DNA of 64,000 bases. Source: Candidatus Marinacidobacterales bacterium (GTDB lineage: Bacteria > Acidobacteriota > Vicinamibacteria > Marinacidobacterales > SMYC01). Below are positions 10,656 to 21,336 of the stretch, one piece after another (the first letter of the stretch is position 1; each line of letters starts with the position of its first letter). The position numbers were made by a program, and so were the translations under genes. The notes beneath the pieces were generated by a model. That model was not told the origin of the DNA and ran no database searches. It saw only the letters and a list, made by a program, of their open reading frames with translations. Where the stretch lies: positions 2,368,001 to 2,432,000 of the forward strand of contig OZ250169.1 in NCBI GenBank assembly GCA_965237955.1, read 5' to 3'.

Positions 10656-12039
10656 GGGTCTACGCGGGTTCGTGTGGGTTGAAAACGGCATTTCTGGGTA
10701 ATGGCGGAAGGAATGCCGCCACGATCTTCAGCTTGAGATATCCCTCGTCACGATAGCCGTAGGCGCGTCGTTGCAGAACACGGATTTTGTTGTTGACCCC
10801 TTCAACCAGTCCGAGACTGACTTTGTTCTCAGGATGACAGTAGGAGGCGATACCATCCCAATGGGACTCAATCATTCCGGCGAACTTCTGGTAGGGATGC
10901 AGGCGCTGCCATTTGAGGCTGTCTTTCCAACGTGTGAAAAAGGCGCGAGCCCCGCGTTCGGTGCGGTAATCCCAGAGTTGCCCGAAGGCCTCCTTCAAAA
11001 CATAGGCGGTGTTCAGGCGCCGGTTGGCCTGGAGCAACTTCTTGAGTGCGCGGCGACCGTCCAGGCTCAGGTTCTCCCGCCGGGAAAGCAACGTGTAACG
11101 CTGCCCCTTGATATACGACCGGTCCTCGCCGCTGAGGCGTTTGTACTCACGGCGCCGGACCTCATCGAGAGCCTTTGACAGGTGACGCATGATATGAAAC
11201 TTGTCGAAGATGATCCGCGCATTGGGTGCGTTGTTAATCACCGAGTTCCGGAAGGGCTTCCACATATCCATGGCGGCCAGCTTGATACGGGCGCTTTTCT
11301 TCCCGCCCAGCGCCTTGAAGAACAAATCGATGTCGGTTTCTTTGCGACCCTCACCGCCCACCCAGATGGGACGCGCCCGCTCCAGGTCGCTGACAATGAC
11401 ACGATAGTTATGTCCCTTGCGGATGGAGATCTCATCGATACCGATGGCCCGAGGCGCCGGCAGCCCCGCCCGCTCGACTTGCTCTTGCATGTAGAGCTTA
11501 TCCAGGTCCTTCACCGTAGTGTGGTGCAGACGTTCCATCTCGGCCACCGCCTTGTTCGGCATATCCCGGCACAGCTTGCCCACATGCGTCGCAAAGCGCT
11601 GGGTGTAGCGCGGGTTGTTCGCCAGCCAGTCCAAGTGTTCTACATGCACACCACCGCACCCACGACAGTTGACGCGCCAACGCTCGTATTCCAGATAGAT
11701 CCGCCAGCCTGCCAACGACAGGTCGCGGACCCGGCACACTTGCTTGTCATAGCGCCCCCGGCACCGATGCCCACAGTACGAGCACACGGCTGTTTTTTTC
11801 GCCTCTTGAGCTGGATGACGCGGGCGTATCGGTCACCGAATACACCGTTCAATCGGGCGCCAGCCACGAAACCTGGTAGCGCAAAAAGCGAGCGGATCGA
11901 CTGGGGATTTTTCACTCGGTTAGCCTATCCTAAAAACGGATCACTTCTCAGCACCTGATGAAGTGCTGAATACCTTTTCCACACAATGAGTTACACTATT
12001 TCTCCGTCAGCATTCGCCCACAGATTTCCGCGTAGACCC
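10656..12039 (-). mobile_element. ISL3-family insertion sequence, complete
   Basis: IRs GGGTCTACGCGG / CCGCGTAGACCC; 8-bp TSD TTTCAAAA at 10648-10655 and 12040-12047. Confidence 0.95.
10660..11915 (-). CDS. ISL3 transposase in two frames (orfA from 11915 joined near an A7 run at ~11793-11799 to the frame ending at 10660)
   Basis: CSYC zinc finger, IGIDEIS, AMDMWKPF, FDKFHI, VEGVNNKI..RRAYGYR. Confidence 0.9.
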
Positions 12040-12070
12040 TTTCAAAAGGGCCGAGTTTTGGCACAGGACG

Positions 12071-12193
12071 GGGAACCCGAATCGCCGATATCGCCTCCGA
12101 CACGCCCCAGATCTGGGGCCCGCCACAAGTCGATGACGATCGAAACGGCCCGGCGCGCCAGTCTTGAGTTCGTTTGTGTTTTTGGACACGACG
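12071..12193 (-). repeat. B-type element end (CGTCGTGTCCAAAAACACAAACGAACTC) with subterminal sequence
   Basis: Near duplicate of 12431-12553; matches the end at 19578. Confidence 0.85.
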
Positions 12194-12310
12194 GGTTCAC
12201 CTGGGCGTTCGATTTGAAGATGGAGACAGGGTAACGGAGTCGTCGAAGGTTGCTGCTGCCTGAACTTTTTGGCACACCTATTGACAAGAGCTCCTCAGAA
12301 TCGCGGCTGA

Positions 12311-12553
12311 GGTTACCGCGGCGTAGCTGGCCTAGCACGTTCTGGTCCAGGTGCGGCCCGGGTCTGGATCCAGGTCTCCGTCCGGGAGCATGGCATCCCG
12401 TTGCTGGACGGTGTTTTCCCTACGCGTGCGGGGAACCCGAATCGCCGACATCGCCTTCGACACGCCCCAGATCTGAGGCTCGCCACGGGTCGATGACGAT
12501 CAAAACGGCCCGGCGCGCCAGTCTTGAGTTCGTTTGTGTTTTTGGACAGGACG
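12311..12553 (-). repeat. B-type element end with long non-coding subterminal region
   Basis: Terminus at 12553; interior matches ~1903-2064 and ~29622-29757. Confidence 0.85.
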
Positions 12554-12664
12554 GGAACGCGGCACCGGCCCACGCTGAGGCACTACTGCGTGAGATCACA
12601 GACGAGATCAAATTCCAATTCCTCCAATCTCCGCTTGGCTTGAAACTTCGCCAAGTTCACTACA

Positions 12665-15388
12665 TCAATCAGACCCGGACCGTGCAGGGAGAACTTCCCC
12701 TTTGTATTCCCTGAAGCCTGCGATCAATTGTTTGAATGAGGCAGGCTTGTATTTCTCAAAGCTCTCCTCGTCCACGTAAGCAAAGTCGTATTCCGCGTCC
12801 GCCTGTGCTCGGTTGATGTCTTCGCACCATTGCCGTAGCCGTTTCATCTTCAGCGGAACGTCAAGATCTTCCCGGCCTTTGGTTTCCACAATGAAAATCC
12901 GCTTGGCGGACAGCTTGACCATAAAATCCGGGTAGTAGTTGGAGATGTCGCCGTCAGCTTTCACGTAATCCAGTCTGAAGCGTACTGCCAGATAGTTCTT
13001 GGCGTAGGAAACCACGTCGCTGCAATCTTCCAGGAAGCTGGCAAACAGCAGTTCAAAACGGCTGTCCCAAATGATCTTGTTAAAGACGCTCTTTTTCGGA
13101 ATAAGGTAGCCCTGATCTTTGGCTACGAAGGGCCGTGTCTGCCGCAGCTTGATGGTGTCCCGGATTTCGGCGTCGCCTTTGTCCTGCACGGTGAGCGCGT
13201 TGATCGCCTACTTGAATGTTTCGATCAGGGTTTTGGTAGCGGCTAGTTCCGACAAGTTGCGCAGGGTGTTGGGGGTCTCCAGTTCCACTGGACGGTCAAA
13301 CAACTGCTCTTGCACAAACGCTTTGACCTTCCCGTACAGTACATCGTAACCGCTGACCAGCCGCAAATCCTTCATCAGGGTCTGCGCAAAGTAGCCGATC
13401 ACACTGCGGTAATCGGCAATGCCCGCCGTGTCGAGGATAGTGGTATGCGTCACCTCGCCGGTAGTGATGTCCTTGAAGACGATCTCCCGCTGTTCTTCCT
13501 CGCTGAAATATAGGTAGGTCACACGCTGATGCCCCAGCGCGCTCACGTTCAGGTTGCTCAGGTTCTTGTATTCCCGATAGGCGCGCGGCGTAAGCACGGG
13601 GATTTCAATATCCAGCGCCTCAATGTCTTTTTTGTCGTTTTCCTTGTCAATCTCCACCACCAGCGGGGTCTTTGCCTCGGTGCCTTCGCCCATCGGCTTG
13701 CGTTCCAGAACCACGCCTTCCGCCTGAATGGATTCCACGAAATCCATGAAGGCATCCGTGCCGACCACGCTGACATATTCCTCCAGCCCGCCGGGGTACA
13801 TTTTCCGCAGGCCGCGCCCTAGAGTCTGTTCCGGCAGGATGTTGCTGGGGGCCGAATACGCTCGCAGCCCTACTATGGTGGTGACGTTCCGCACGTCCCA
13901 ACCTTCTTTCAGCACCATCACCGAGATGATTGCCTTGTAGGGGCTGTCCAGCCCGTCAATCGAGTTGGCTTGACCGCGCAGCTTATCCAGGTCTTCTTTG
14001 TTCTTGCCTGACGTTGATTCGGAAATCTCGCCGTTTCTCTTTGTGTGGATGGCCAGCACGGCGTCTTTCAGATCAGGGTAGTGGCCTTCGAGGTATTCGG
14101 CCACGTCGTCGCAGTTGCGAGTGTCATCGGTCATTACGAACAAGATGGCTTTCTTGCCCAGCTTTTCGTGCTCGGCATACGCCTTGCGCCACTCGATTAC
14201 GCCCAGGTGAATGTAATCGGCGTATTTCTCGGTGTACTTGGCGCTCTTCTGTTCCGTCAACTTGGCGCGGCTGGCGGCGTCGGGCAGCACCGGATGCTTG
14301 ACCACGTTTTGCGAGATGGCTTCCACCAGCGGGTAATCGGCGACGGTCTGCACGAAGATCGCGCCGTTGTTGTGCTTGGGCGTGGCGGTCACGTCCACTT
14401 GCAGGGAAAGGGCCGACCCTTTGTGTCTCAGGCGGTTGTGAATGTCTTCGATGGATTTGAACCATGCCATGCGCGGGTCGTGAATATGGTGGGCCTCATC
14501 GTTCAATACCACCAGTTCATCAATGTCGCGCACGATCATGCCCAAGTCCACTTTGGAATCAGTGGTCGCGCCAGTAGGCCGCTTGCCCAGGAAGTAATTC
14601 ATCGTGTCTTCATCATCCGGCGAGGCGGGCATGTCGTCCCCGGCATAGACGCGGTGGATGTTTGTCAGGAAAATGTTTCCGGCGGAGCGGGTGATGCGCA
14701 CCTCGTCCTGCCGGTGTAGGGTCAGTTGAAAATCGTCGCGCCAGTTGCGCCCGTCCACGCCGTTGTCCGGTAGCACTGGGTCCGCGAAGAAGATGCGCAG
14801 ACCGTTGAAATCCTTGTAGATGCGGTCCAGCACGATAATGTTGGGCGCGATCACCAGGAAGTTGCGGGCCAGTCCCGACTCCGGCTCATACAGCTTGTGG
14901 AAATAGCTCCAGGCCAGTACCAGGCTTAGTAGCTTGGTCTTGCCTGTGCCGGTCGCCATTTTCGCTACAAAGCGTCGCCAAGTCTCGTCAAACATGCCGC
15001 TAGAGACCGTGCCGGAACTGTCGAAGCGCATCAGGTCGTACTTGTCCTGCACGCCCACCACGTCGTACAGATAGACGATAGTCTCCAGCGCCTCGCGCTG
15101 GGCGAAGTAATACTGGAACTCGGCTAGCGTTTCCAGTGAAGCCCCGTCGGTTTGGGGGAGCAGGTGTGGCGTGTTGAACCACCAGTTGAGCAGGCTCTTG
15201 CTGGTGTCGGTCGCCCCCACATACCCGCTGTCCCGCCATTCCTTCACTTTCTTGCGCAGTTGCGGCACCAGCGGCGGCATCAGCTTTTCGGAGCTGGATT
15301 CCCGCAGGGCTTCAGCCGCCGGAAACCAACGGATAGACGGGTCGAGGATGGCATAAGGCGATTCGGGGAAGTTGGGATGGAGCGCCAT
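12665..15388 (-). pseudogene. res: Type III restriction endonuclease Res subunit with one in-frame TAG at 13208-13210
   Basis: KMATGTGKT, NDEAHH, LKEGWDV, EQTLGRGLR; frame continues past the TAG (FK*AINALTVQDKG) into the YYPDF..VETKG nuclease domain. Confidence 0.9.
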
Positions 15389-17664
15389 TATTCCCTCCCT
15401 CTCACATTGCCTTCGACGATGATCATGGTGTCATTGCCGAAGATGTCCACAACCTTGACGGCCAGCTTCCGCCCCCCCGGTGTGCAATCGTGAAAGACGC
15501 TGGTCAGTTCCAGCGAACGGTCTTTCTTGGTGCGGAAGGATTGCCATTCGTTCTCGAAGATGTAATCCCCCGTCCAGACTTCCTCATATTCCAGTAGCTC
15601 TAGCTGTTCGAGCTGCCCCATCCCAGGAATCTGAACTTGTTTCATCTTGTCATGCTGAATGCGGACGATCTCTCGCTTGCTCTCAAAGTCGAAATCCACC
15701 GCCCAGTAGTCAATCCAGTCTGTCCATTTTTTGGTGAGCCGTTCGCGTTTGACGATGCCCTTCGCGTCCTTGCTAACCTTGACGATCTGCCCCTTTTCCG
15801 CCACGATCTTGCTGCCCTTGTTCTTGAGCGTAGCCTCCACGCTGGCGATGGAGTCCTGCGAATAGAAAACCGAAAAGTCGGTCAGTTCCACCGCTACGCT
15901 GTTCTTCTTGACGTGCGGCTTGACCTCGATAGCCGCCACGTCGTGGAAGACCACTTGGTTCTTTTCCACCGCCCGCTTGTCGAACACCTCGGCGGGGATG
16001 TACTTGGGAGCGATGTCAATGCCCTTGGCGCGGGCTTCGTCCAGCACGTTAGGGAACAGCCCCATTTCAAACTCAAAGCCCAGAATGTCCACGCGGGTGA
16101 TGTGCTTCTTGCGGCATTCCAGGATCACCTCTTCCACAAACAGGCGCGTCACCGGCAGGTTGACCGGTCCCACCGCCACCAGCCGTCCGGCCTTCTTGCC
16201 GTGGAAGGTCTGGAAGCCGTCGGTCTTTTCGGCGCGGTAGGCACGCAGGATCAGGTCCACGAAAGCAGCTTCCTTTTCTTCCAGTTGCTTTTGCTGTTCC
16301 GCCTCGCGCAGGTTTGGATTCATGCCGATGTAATGCTGGCGCTCGTACTTGCCCAGGTTGAGGATTTCAAAGGCGCGGTAGTCTTTGCCTACAGCCTTCA
16401 ACTGCCGTTGCACGCCGATCATGCGCTTCCGCGTGGTGTGGATGGCGAACTTGCCCAGGTCGCTGACGATCCACTTGCGGCCCAGCTTCTCCGCCACCGC
16501 CGCTGTAGTGCCGGAGCCGCAGAAGAAGTCGGCAACCAAGTCACCTTCGTTGGAGGAGGCTTTAATGATGCGTTCGAGCAGGGCTTCGGGTTTTTGGGTG
16601 GGGTAGCCAATCAGTTCCATTTCTTTGCCCCGAATGTTGGCGACACGCTCTTGGCCGACATTGCGAATATCCATCCACAAGTCGTCAGCCAAAATCCCTT
16701 CGGTTTCATCGAGATAGAATTTGAGTCGCTTTTTCCCATTCTTCGTTATGTAAATGCGTCCTTCACTCTCCAACCTGGCGATGGATTTCTCAGAGTAATC
16801 ACCCAATGGATATGATGCCCACTTGCGACCATCTGGATCGTATTTTGTGAAGAAGTTCGCTATGTAGTCTTCACTGTACGGCACATAGACGTTATTGAAT
16901 ATATTCCCTTTTCCTTTTCGGTACGCAATGATTGCATCATGGTCCCGTGGGAACATTTTTGATTTTTTCTTGCCCCCGATTGGAGCCGACCGCTTCCACA
17001 CCAACTGATTTAGTTGATTCTCGGAGCCAAAGACTTCATCCATCATCAGGCGTATGAAACTGTTCATCCTCCAATCACAATGCACATAAATACTCCCATC
17101 CTCCGCCAGTAAATCGCGCATCAGCGCCAGCCGTTCGTAGATCATGGCGATGAAGGAATCCGCGCCCCTGCCCCAGGTGTCTCGGTAGGCGATCTCTTCC
17201 AGGATGTTGGGCTTCTTGGTGAAGGTTTCGTCCCCGATCTCGATGTCCATTGAAAAATCCGCGCCCACGTCAAAGGGCGGGTCAATGTATATCAGCTTGA
17301 GGCCGCCCTGCTTTTCGATCTCCTCGCGCAGTGGCCCGTTCTTTAGAGATGACAGGATCAGCTTGTTGTCGCCCCAGATGAGCTTGTTCGTCCAGCCCTT
17401 GAGCTGGCGGCCCCGCGCATCAGTTGCGAACAGGTCCGCTTGCAGCGCCGCCTCTTCCGGCTTCTCGGCGCGCGGCTCGTCCACCTGCTCGATCACCTGG
17501 AAAGGCAAAACGATATTGCAGACCTCGCTGGTCTTGCCGTTCCAGACCAGTTCCACCTCGCGCTTGTCCTCAAACAGCAAAAAGCGATACTTGTCCGGCA
17601 GGGGCTTATCAGCTTCGATAAAGCGGATGCTCTCTTGTTGTTCCTGCTCAGTCAGTCGGGCCAT
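15388..17664 (-). CDS. mod: Type III RM methyltransferase Mod subunit
   Basis: IYIDPPF, YPTQKPEALLERII, DFFCGSGTT; stop/start overlap with res. Confidence 0.93.
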   Translation of the reverse strand: MARLTEQEQQESIRFIEADKPLPDKYRFLLFEDKREVELVWNGKTSEVCNIVLPFQVIEQVDEPRAEKPEEAALQADLFATDARGRQLKGWTNKLIWGDNKLILSSLKNGPLREEIEKQGGLKLIYIDPPFDVGADFSMDIEIGDETFTKKPNILEEIAYRDTWGRGADSFIAMIYERLALMRDLLAEDGSIYVHCDWRMNSFIRLMMDEVFGSENQLNQLVWKRSAPIGGKKKSKMFPRDHDAIIAYRKGKGNIFNNVYVPYSEDYIANFFTKYDPDGRKWASYPLGDYSEKSIARLESEGRIYITKNGKKRLKFYLDETEGILADDLWMDIRNVGQERVANIRGKEMELIGYPTQKPEALLERIIKASSNEGDLVADFFCGSGTTAAVAEKLGRKWIVSDLGKFAIHTTRKRMIGVQRQLKAVGKDYRAFEILNLGKYERQHYIGMNPNLREAEQQKQLEEKEAAFVDLILRAYRAEKTDGFQTFHGKKAGRLVAVGPVNLPVTRLFVEEVILECRKKHITRVDILGFEFEMGLFPNVLDEARAKGIDIAPKYIPAEVFDKRAVEKNQVVFHDVAAIEVKPHVKKNSVAVELTDFSVFYSQDSIASVEATLKNKGSKIVAEKGQIVKVSKDAKGIVKRERLTKKWTDWIDYWAVDFDFESKREIVRIQHDKMKQVQIPGMGQLEQLELLEYEEVWTGDYIFENEWQSFRTKKDRSLELTSVFHDCTPGGRKLAVKVVDIFGNDTMIIVEGNVRGRE

Positions 17665-17699
17665 ACAGGGGTCTCTCCTCCATTGGTAAAAATTACACG

Positions 17700-17821
17700 T
17701 GACCTTGCCCAGGAAAAGTGGACAGGTTGATTATCTCGCATGAGCAGTTTTGAGATCATGAGTCCGTTCGAACACCATTGGGCTGTTGTAATCGAGTGAC
17801 GAGTGGAGTCGATACGGATTG
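17700..17821 (-). mobile_element. IS3-family right-end remnant
   Basis: RLHSSLDYNSP C-terminal motif followed by IR TGACCTTGCCCAGGAAAAGTGGACA. Confidence 0.7.
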
Positions 17822-17987
17822 GGTGCTTCCGCCATCAAATGTTGGTGAGATGACGCTAAGACTTTACGGTGCATTAAGTTACAGCTAAAATAGCGCTCGT
17901 GACCTTCGCTGCGCGCTAAATGGAGCGTAAGCGCCTTTTTTGCAAAAGGATGCGTACACATCACCAACAGTAAACAGCGCAAGCACC
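17822..17987. mobile_element. ~166-bp MITE-like element with GGTGCTT(C/G)CGC inverted ends (copy 1)
   Basis: Imperfect TIRs; full copy 23132-23297, partial 22479-22543, solo arm 29471-29495. Confidence 0.85.
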
Positions 17988-18047
17988 GTGGGCTTTACAA
18001 TCGCCTGGCCCGAGGGTGTTATCTTCAGATCCATGATGACGTACCAC
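17988..18047 (+). promoter_or_regulatory. Stranded copy of the rve transposase promoter/start (TGTTATCTT-7nt-ATG)
   Basis: Matches ~25249-25308 (minus strand) and ~22347-22405; extended -10-like hexamer at 18020-18025. Confidence 0.55.
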
Positions 18048-18127
18048 TCGCCGCGAAACGGCCAATCCTGGCAGGTCTAAACTGCGGAATCAACGACGGA
18101 TCGAGTTTTTGCGGAGCACCGGAGACG

Positions 18128-19549
18128 ATGCGCCGCAAACGTAGGACCAAGATCGTCGCGACGCTGGGGCCGGCGACCTCAAGTGCAACGGCCATCAATG
18201 CACTGTTCGAGGCAGGGGTCGATGTCTTCCGCTTCAATTTCAGTCATGGCGAACCCGAGAACCACGCCCGGCGCCATCGGATCGTGCGCGAGTTGGAACG
18301 GGATGCGCTCAGGCCAATAGGTATCATGGCCGACATGCAGGGACCCAAGCTTCGCGTCGGCGTCTTCGAAGGCGGGAGCGTCGAGCTTGAGCCGGGACGG
18401 CGTTTCATGCTCGACCGTTCGGACCGGCCCGGCACCGCCGTTCGGGTTTCCGTGCCGCATCCGGAGATCTTCGCCGCTGTCCGGCTTGGCGACGAAATGC
18501 TGCTCGACGACGGGCGGCTCCGGCTGAATGTGACCTCGAAATCCAATGCAGAAGTAGAGACGCAGGTGCTGGTCGGCGGCCGGCTCAGCGACCGCAAGGG
18601 CATCAATCTGCCCGGCGTGATGCTGCCGATCTCGCCGCTTACCGAAAAGGACCTAGTCGATCTGAGATTCGCACTCGAACTCGGGTGCGAATGGATCGCC
18701 CTGTCCTTCGTGCAGCGCCCGGAGGATGTGGTCGAGGCGCGCCGGCTGATCGGCGACCGCGCCCATGTTCTGGTCAAAGTCGAGAAACCATCTGCGCTCG
18801 ACCGTATCGACGAGATTGTCGCCGCCGCCGATGCCGTGATGGTGGCTCGTGGCGATCTCGGCGTGGAAATGCCTCCGGAGGAAGTGCCGATCGCGCAGAA
18901 GACCATCATCCGCACCTGCCGCGACGCCGGCAAACCGGTGATCGTGGCAACGCAGATGCTGGAGTCCATGGTCCAGGCGCCGGTGCCGACGCGCGCCGAG
19001 GTCTCGGACATAGCGACGGCGGTGTACGACGGCGCGGATGCGGTGATGCTGTCGGCGGAAACCGCAGTCGGCGCCTATCCGACTGCGACGGTCCAGATCA
19101 TGGACCGGGTGATTAAACGGGTGGAGCGCGACCCGCTGCACCGTCACATTGCGGCCGCCGACCATCGCCGGCCGCTGGCAACCTCCGCGGATGCGATCTC
19201 GGTGGCGGCCCATCAAGTGGCCGACACCATCGGCGCCGCCGCCATTGTAACCTACACGACCTCCGGGTCGACGACGTTGCGCGCCGCCCGCGAGCGCCCT
19301 GAGCAGCCGATTCTGGGCGTCACGTCCGAACTTGCAACCGCACGGCGTCTGTCGCTAACCTACGGCGTACACAGCGTGCATACGGCGGACGTACGGGACT
19401 TCGACGAAATGGTGCGCAAGGCGGTCGCTGCGGCTGCACTTGAGGAAGTCGCCGGGCCGGGCGATACGGTGGTCATCACTGCCGGGGTGCCTTTTGGCAC
19501 ACCTGACGCCACCAATGTGCTTCGCATCGTCCGCATCGAGCCCGTGTAA
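18128..19549 (+). CDS. pyk: Pyruvate kinase
   Basis: TKIVATLGPA, FRFNFSHG, DMQGPKLR, MVARGDLGVE, ATQMLESM, DAVMLSAET. Confidence 0.97.
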   Translation: MRRKRRTKIVATLGPATSSATAINALFEAGVDVFRFNFSHGEPENHARRHRIVRELERDALRPIGIMADMQGPKLRVGVFEGGSVELEPGRRFMLDRSDRPGTAVRVSVPHPEIFAAVRLGDEMLLDDGRLRLNVTSKSNAEVETQVLVGGRLSDRKGINLPGVMLPISPLTEKDLVDLRFALELGCEWIALSFVQRPEDVVEARRLIGDRAHVLVKVEKPSALDRIDEIVAAADAVMVARGDLGVEMPPEEVPIAQKTIIRTCRDAGKPVIVATQMLESMVQAPVPTRAEVSDIATAVYDGADAVMLSAETAVGAYPTATVQIMDRVIKRVERDPLHRHIAAADHRRPLATSADAISVAAHQVADTIGAAAIVTYTTSGSTTLRAARERPEQPILGVTSELATARRLSLTYGVHSVHTADVRDFDEMVRKAVAAAALEEVAGPGDTVVITAGVPFGTPDATNVLRIVRIEPV

Positions 19550-19577
19550 TCTGTTGCTGGTCTGGGTGCGTGCTCCG

Positions 19578-19803
19578 CGTCCTGTCCAAAAATACAAACG
19601 AACTCAAGACCCACGCGCCGGGACGTTTCGGAAGGTACTGTCAAGTTGACGAAAAGCTAGTCGATCGATCCCCAAGATACTGGGCTCGAGCCCGTCGTGA
19701 GCACGCCATGCTGGGCATCGGAAACGGCCGCCAGCCTCAACTTGACAATACCGAGCGCAACCATCAAGGGCTTGACAACGCGTTTGTATTTTTGGACACG
19801 ACG
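19578..19803. mobile_element. 226-bp MITE with B-type ends
   Basis: 23-bp TIR CGTC(C/G)TGTCCAAAAATACAAACG with one mismatch; no TSD. Confidence 0.88.
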
Positions 19804-20512
19804 GTATACACGAATTCGCGGCGCCCTCTCGAATCTCGGCCATACCGTAGCCAGGAGCACCATCGCCAATATTCTGCGAGAGCATGACATCGAGCCCGCG
19901 CCGGAGCGAAGTGAGCGAACGCCATGGCGCACGTTTCTCGCCGCCCATTGGGAAACCGTTGCTGCGACCGACTTCTTCACCGTCGAGGTCGCCACAGTTC
20001 GCAGGCTCGTGACCTACTATGTGCTCGTCGTCATCGAGCTGTCTTCGCGAAAAGTGCACATTGCCGGAATCACTCCGGGGCCAGATGGCCCGTTCATGAT
20101 GCAGGTCGGTCGGAATCTCACCGACCCATTCGACGGCTTTCTGCGCGGCAAGCGATTCCTCATCCTGGACCGCGACAAGAAGTTCACCACGGAGTTTCGC
20201 GATTTACTCGAGCACGCTGGAACGGACGTCATTCGGCTGCCGCACTGTTCGCCGAATCTGAACGCTTATGTCGAAAGGTTTGTTTTGTCGATCAAGAGCG
20301 AGTGCTTGGAGCGGATGATCTTCTTCAGTGAGCCATCGCTGCGTCGTGCCGTCACTGAGTTCATCCATCATTATCACGGAGAGCGCAACCATCAAGGGCT
20401 CGGGAACTCGTTGCTCGAAGCGGAAGAATGCGTCGGCAGTCCTCACGGGAAGGTGCGATGTCGTAAGCGATTGGGCGGTTTGCTCAGTTATTACCACCGC
20501 GCCGCCGCATAG
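19804..20512 (+). pseudogene. rve/DDE integrase-core transposase, 5' truncated
   Basis: [55 protein letters not shown]; right end ..TTTTCGGACACGACG at 20659-20673. Confidence 0.9.
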
Positions 20513-20809
20513 GAGTTCGGGCGCGCCAGTTGGACGGAACGGATGGTCTGGAGGAGAGGTCTGCTCGGGAGCGCCTATCGCAGAGCCCGTGTCGCGTCGG
20601 CTGGTCTCCGCGAATCTCGAGAACGCCTCCAGGATTCGAGCTTTCGGCTCCGTCCGCATTTTCGGACACGACGGGATTGACCTTGCTTCACTTCAGCAAT
20701 GGGAGTCAGGTCACCAGTGCCGGTGCCCTTGTCGACCATGGAGGGGAAGCCCCTCATCAAGGATCAGGCTTGGGCATGCGGTAGCCGACCCGCAGCTCGG
20801 TCAAGATGT

Positions 20810-20863
20810 CGTCCTGTGCCAAAACTCGGCCCTTTTGAAATAGACCATAAATCAGCAGCTTAG
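20810..20863 (+). repeat. A-type element end
   Basis: CGTCCTGTGCCAAAACTCGGCCCTTTTGAAATAGACCATAAATCAGCAGCTTAG. Confidence 0.92.
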
Positions 20864-21336
20864 TGTTTATGGTGCGTTCCTGCGCAACCTGATCCGTCTC
20901 GCGTTTTAGCTGCTCCGGGCGGTCCTCAGCCAAGATGTCCCGGAACGTCAGGCACTGCATGGTCAGCCCAGCCTGTATCGCCGAAAGAACTGCGTGTCCC
21001 TCCTATAAATTCCGTCCGGTGCAGAAATCCTGGTCTTTCAGGGTGATGCCCGATAGCGTTGGTGGCATGCGCACGATCCTGCTTCACGGCGTTGTTTCGG
21101 CGAGCCAGTTGCGTCTGTCCGCGCCCCGCTCTCTCGTCGGCGCAAACGCTCCCCCTGGAAATCAGGATTCGAGACCAGGCGCAACGTCAACGCCGTCACA
21201 ATGCGTGCTAAGCTTTTGTAAAGCAAGAATGTCCTACGCCCTCTTTGCCATTGATGTCGTCATCCTCTTAATCGTGTTGACGGGAGCGGTCTGGTCTCAC
21301 GTCGGGTAGGATGCCTCGATTTGGGAGGTATATAGC

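Larger units (their letters stand above)
9561..12070. mobile_element. Non-autonomous element with ~147-bp terminal inverted repeats (A-type ends), carrying a small membrane gene; ISL3 inserted in the right arm
   Basis: 9561-9707 is an inverted near-copy of 10531-10655 joined to 12048-12070. Confidence 0.85.
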
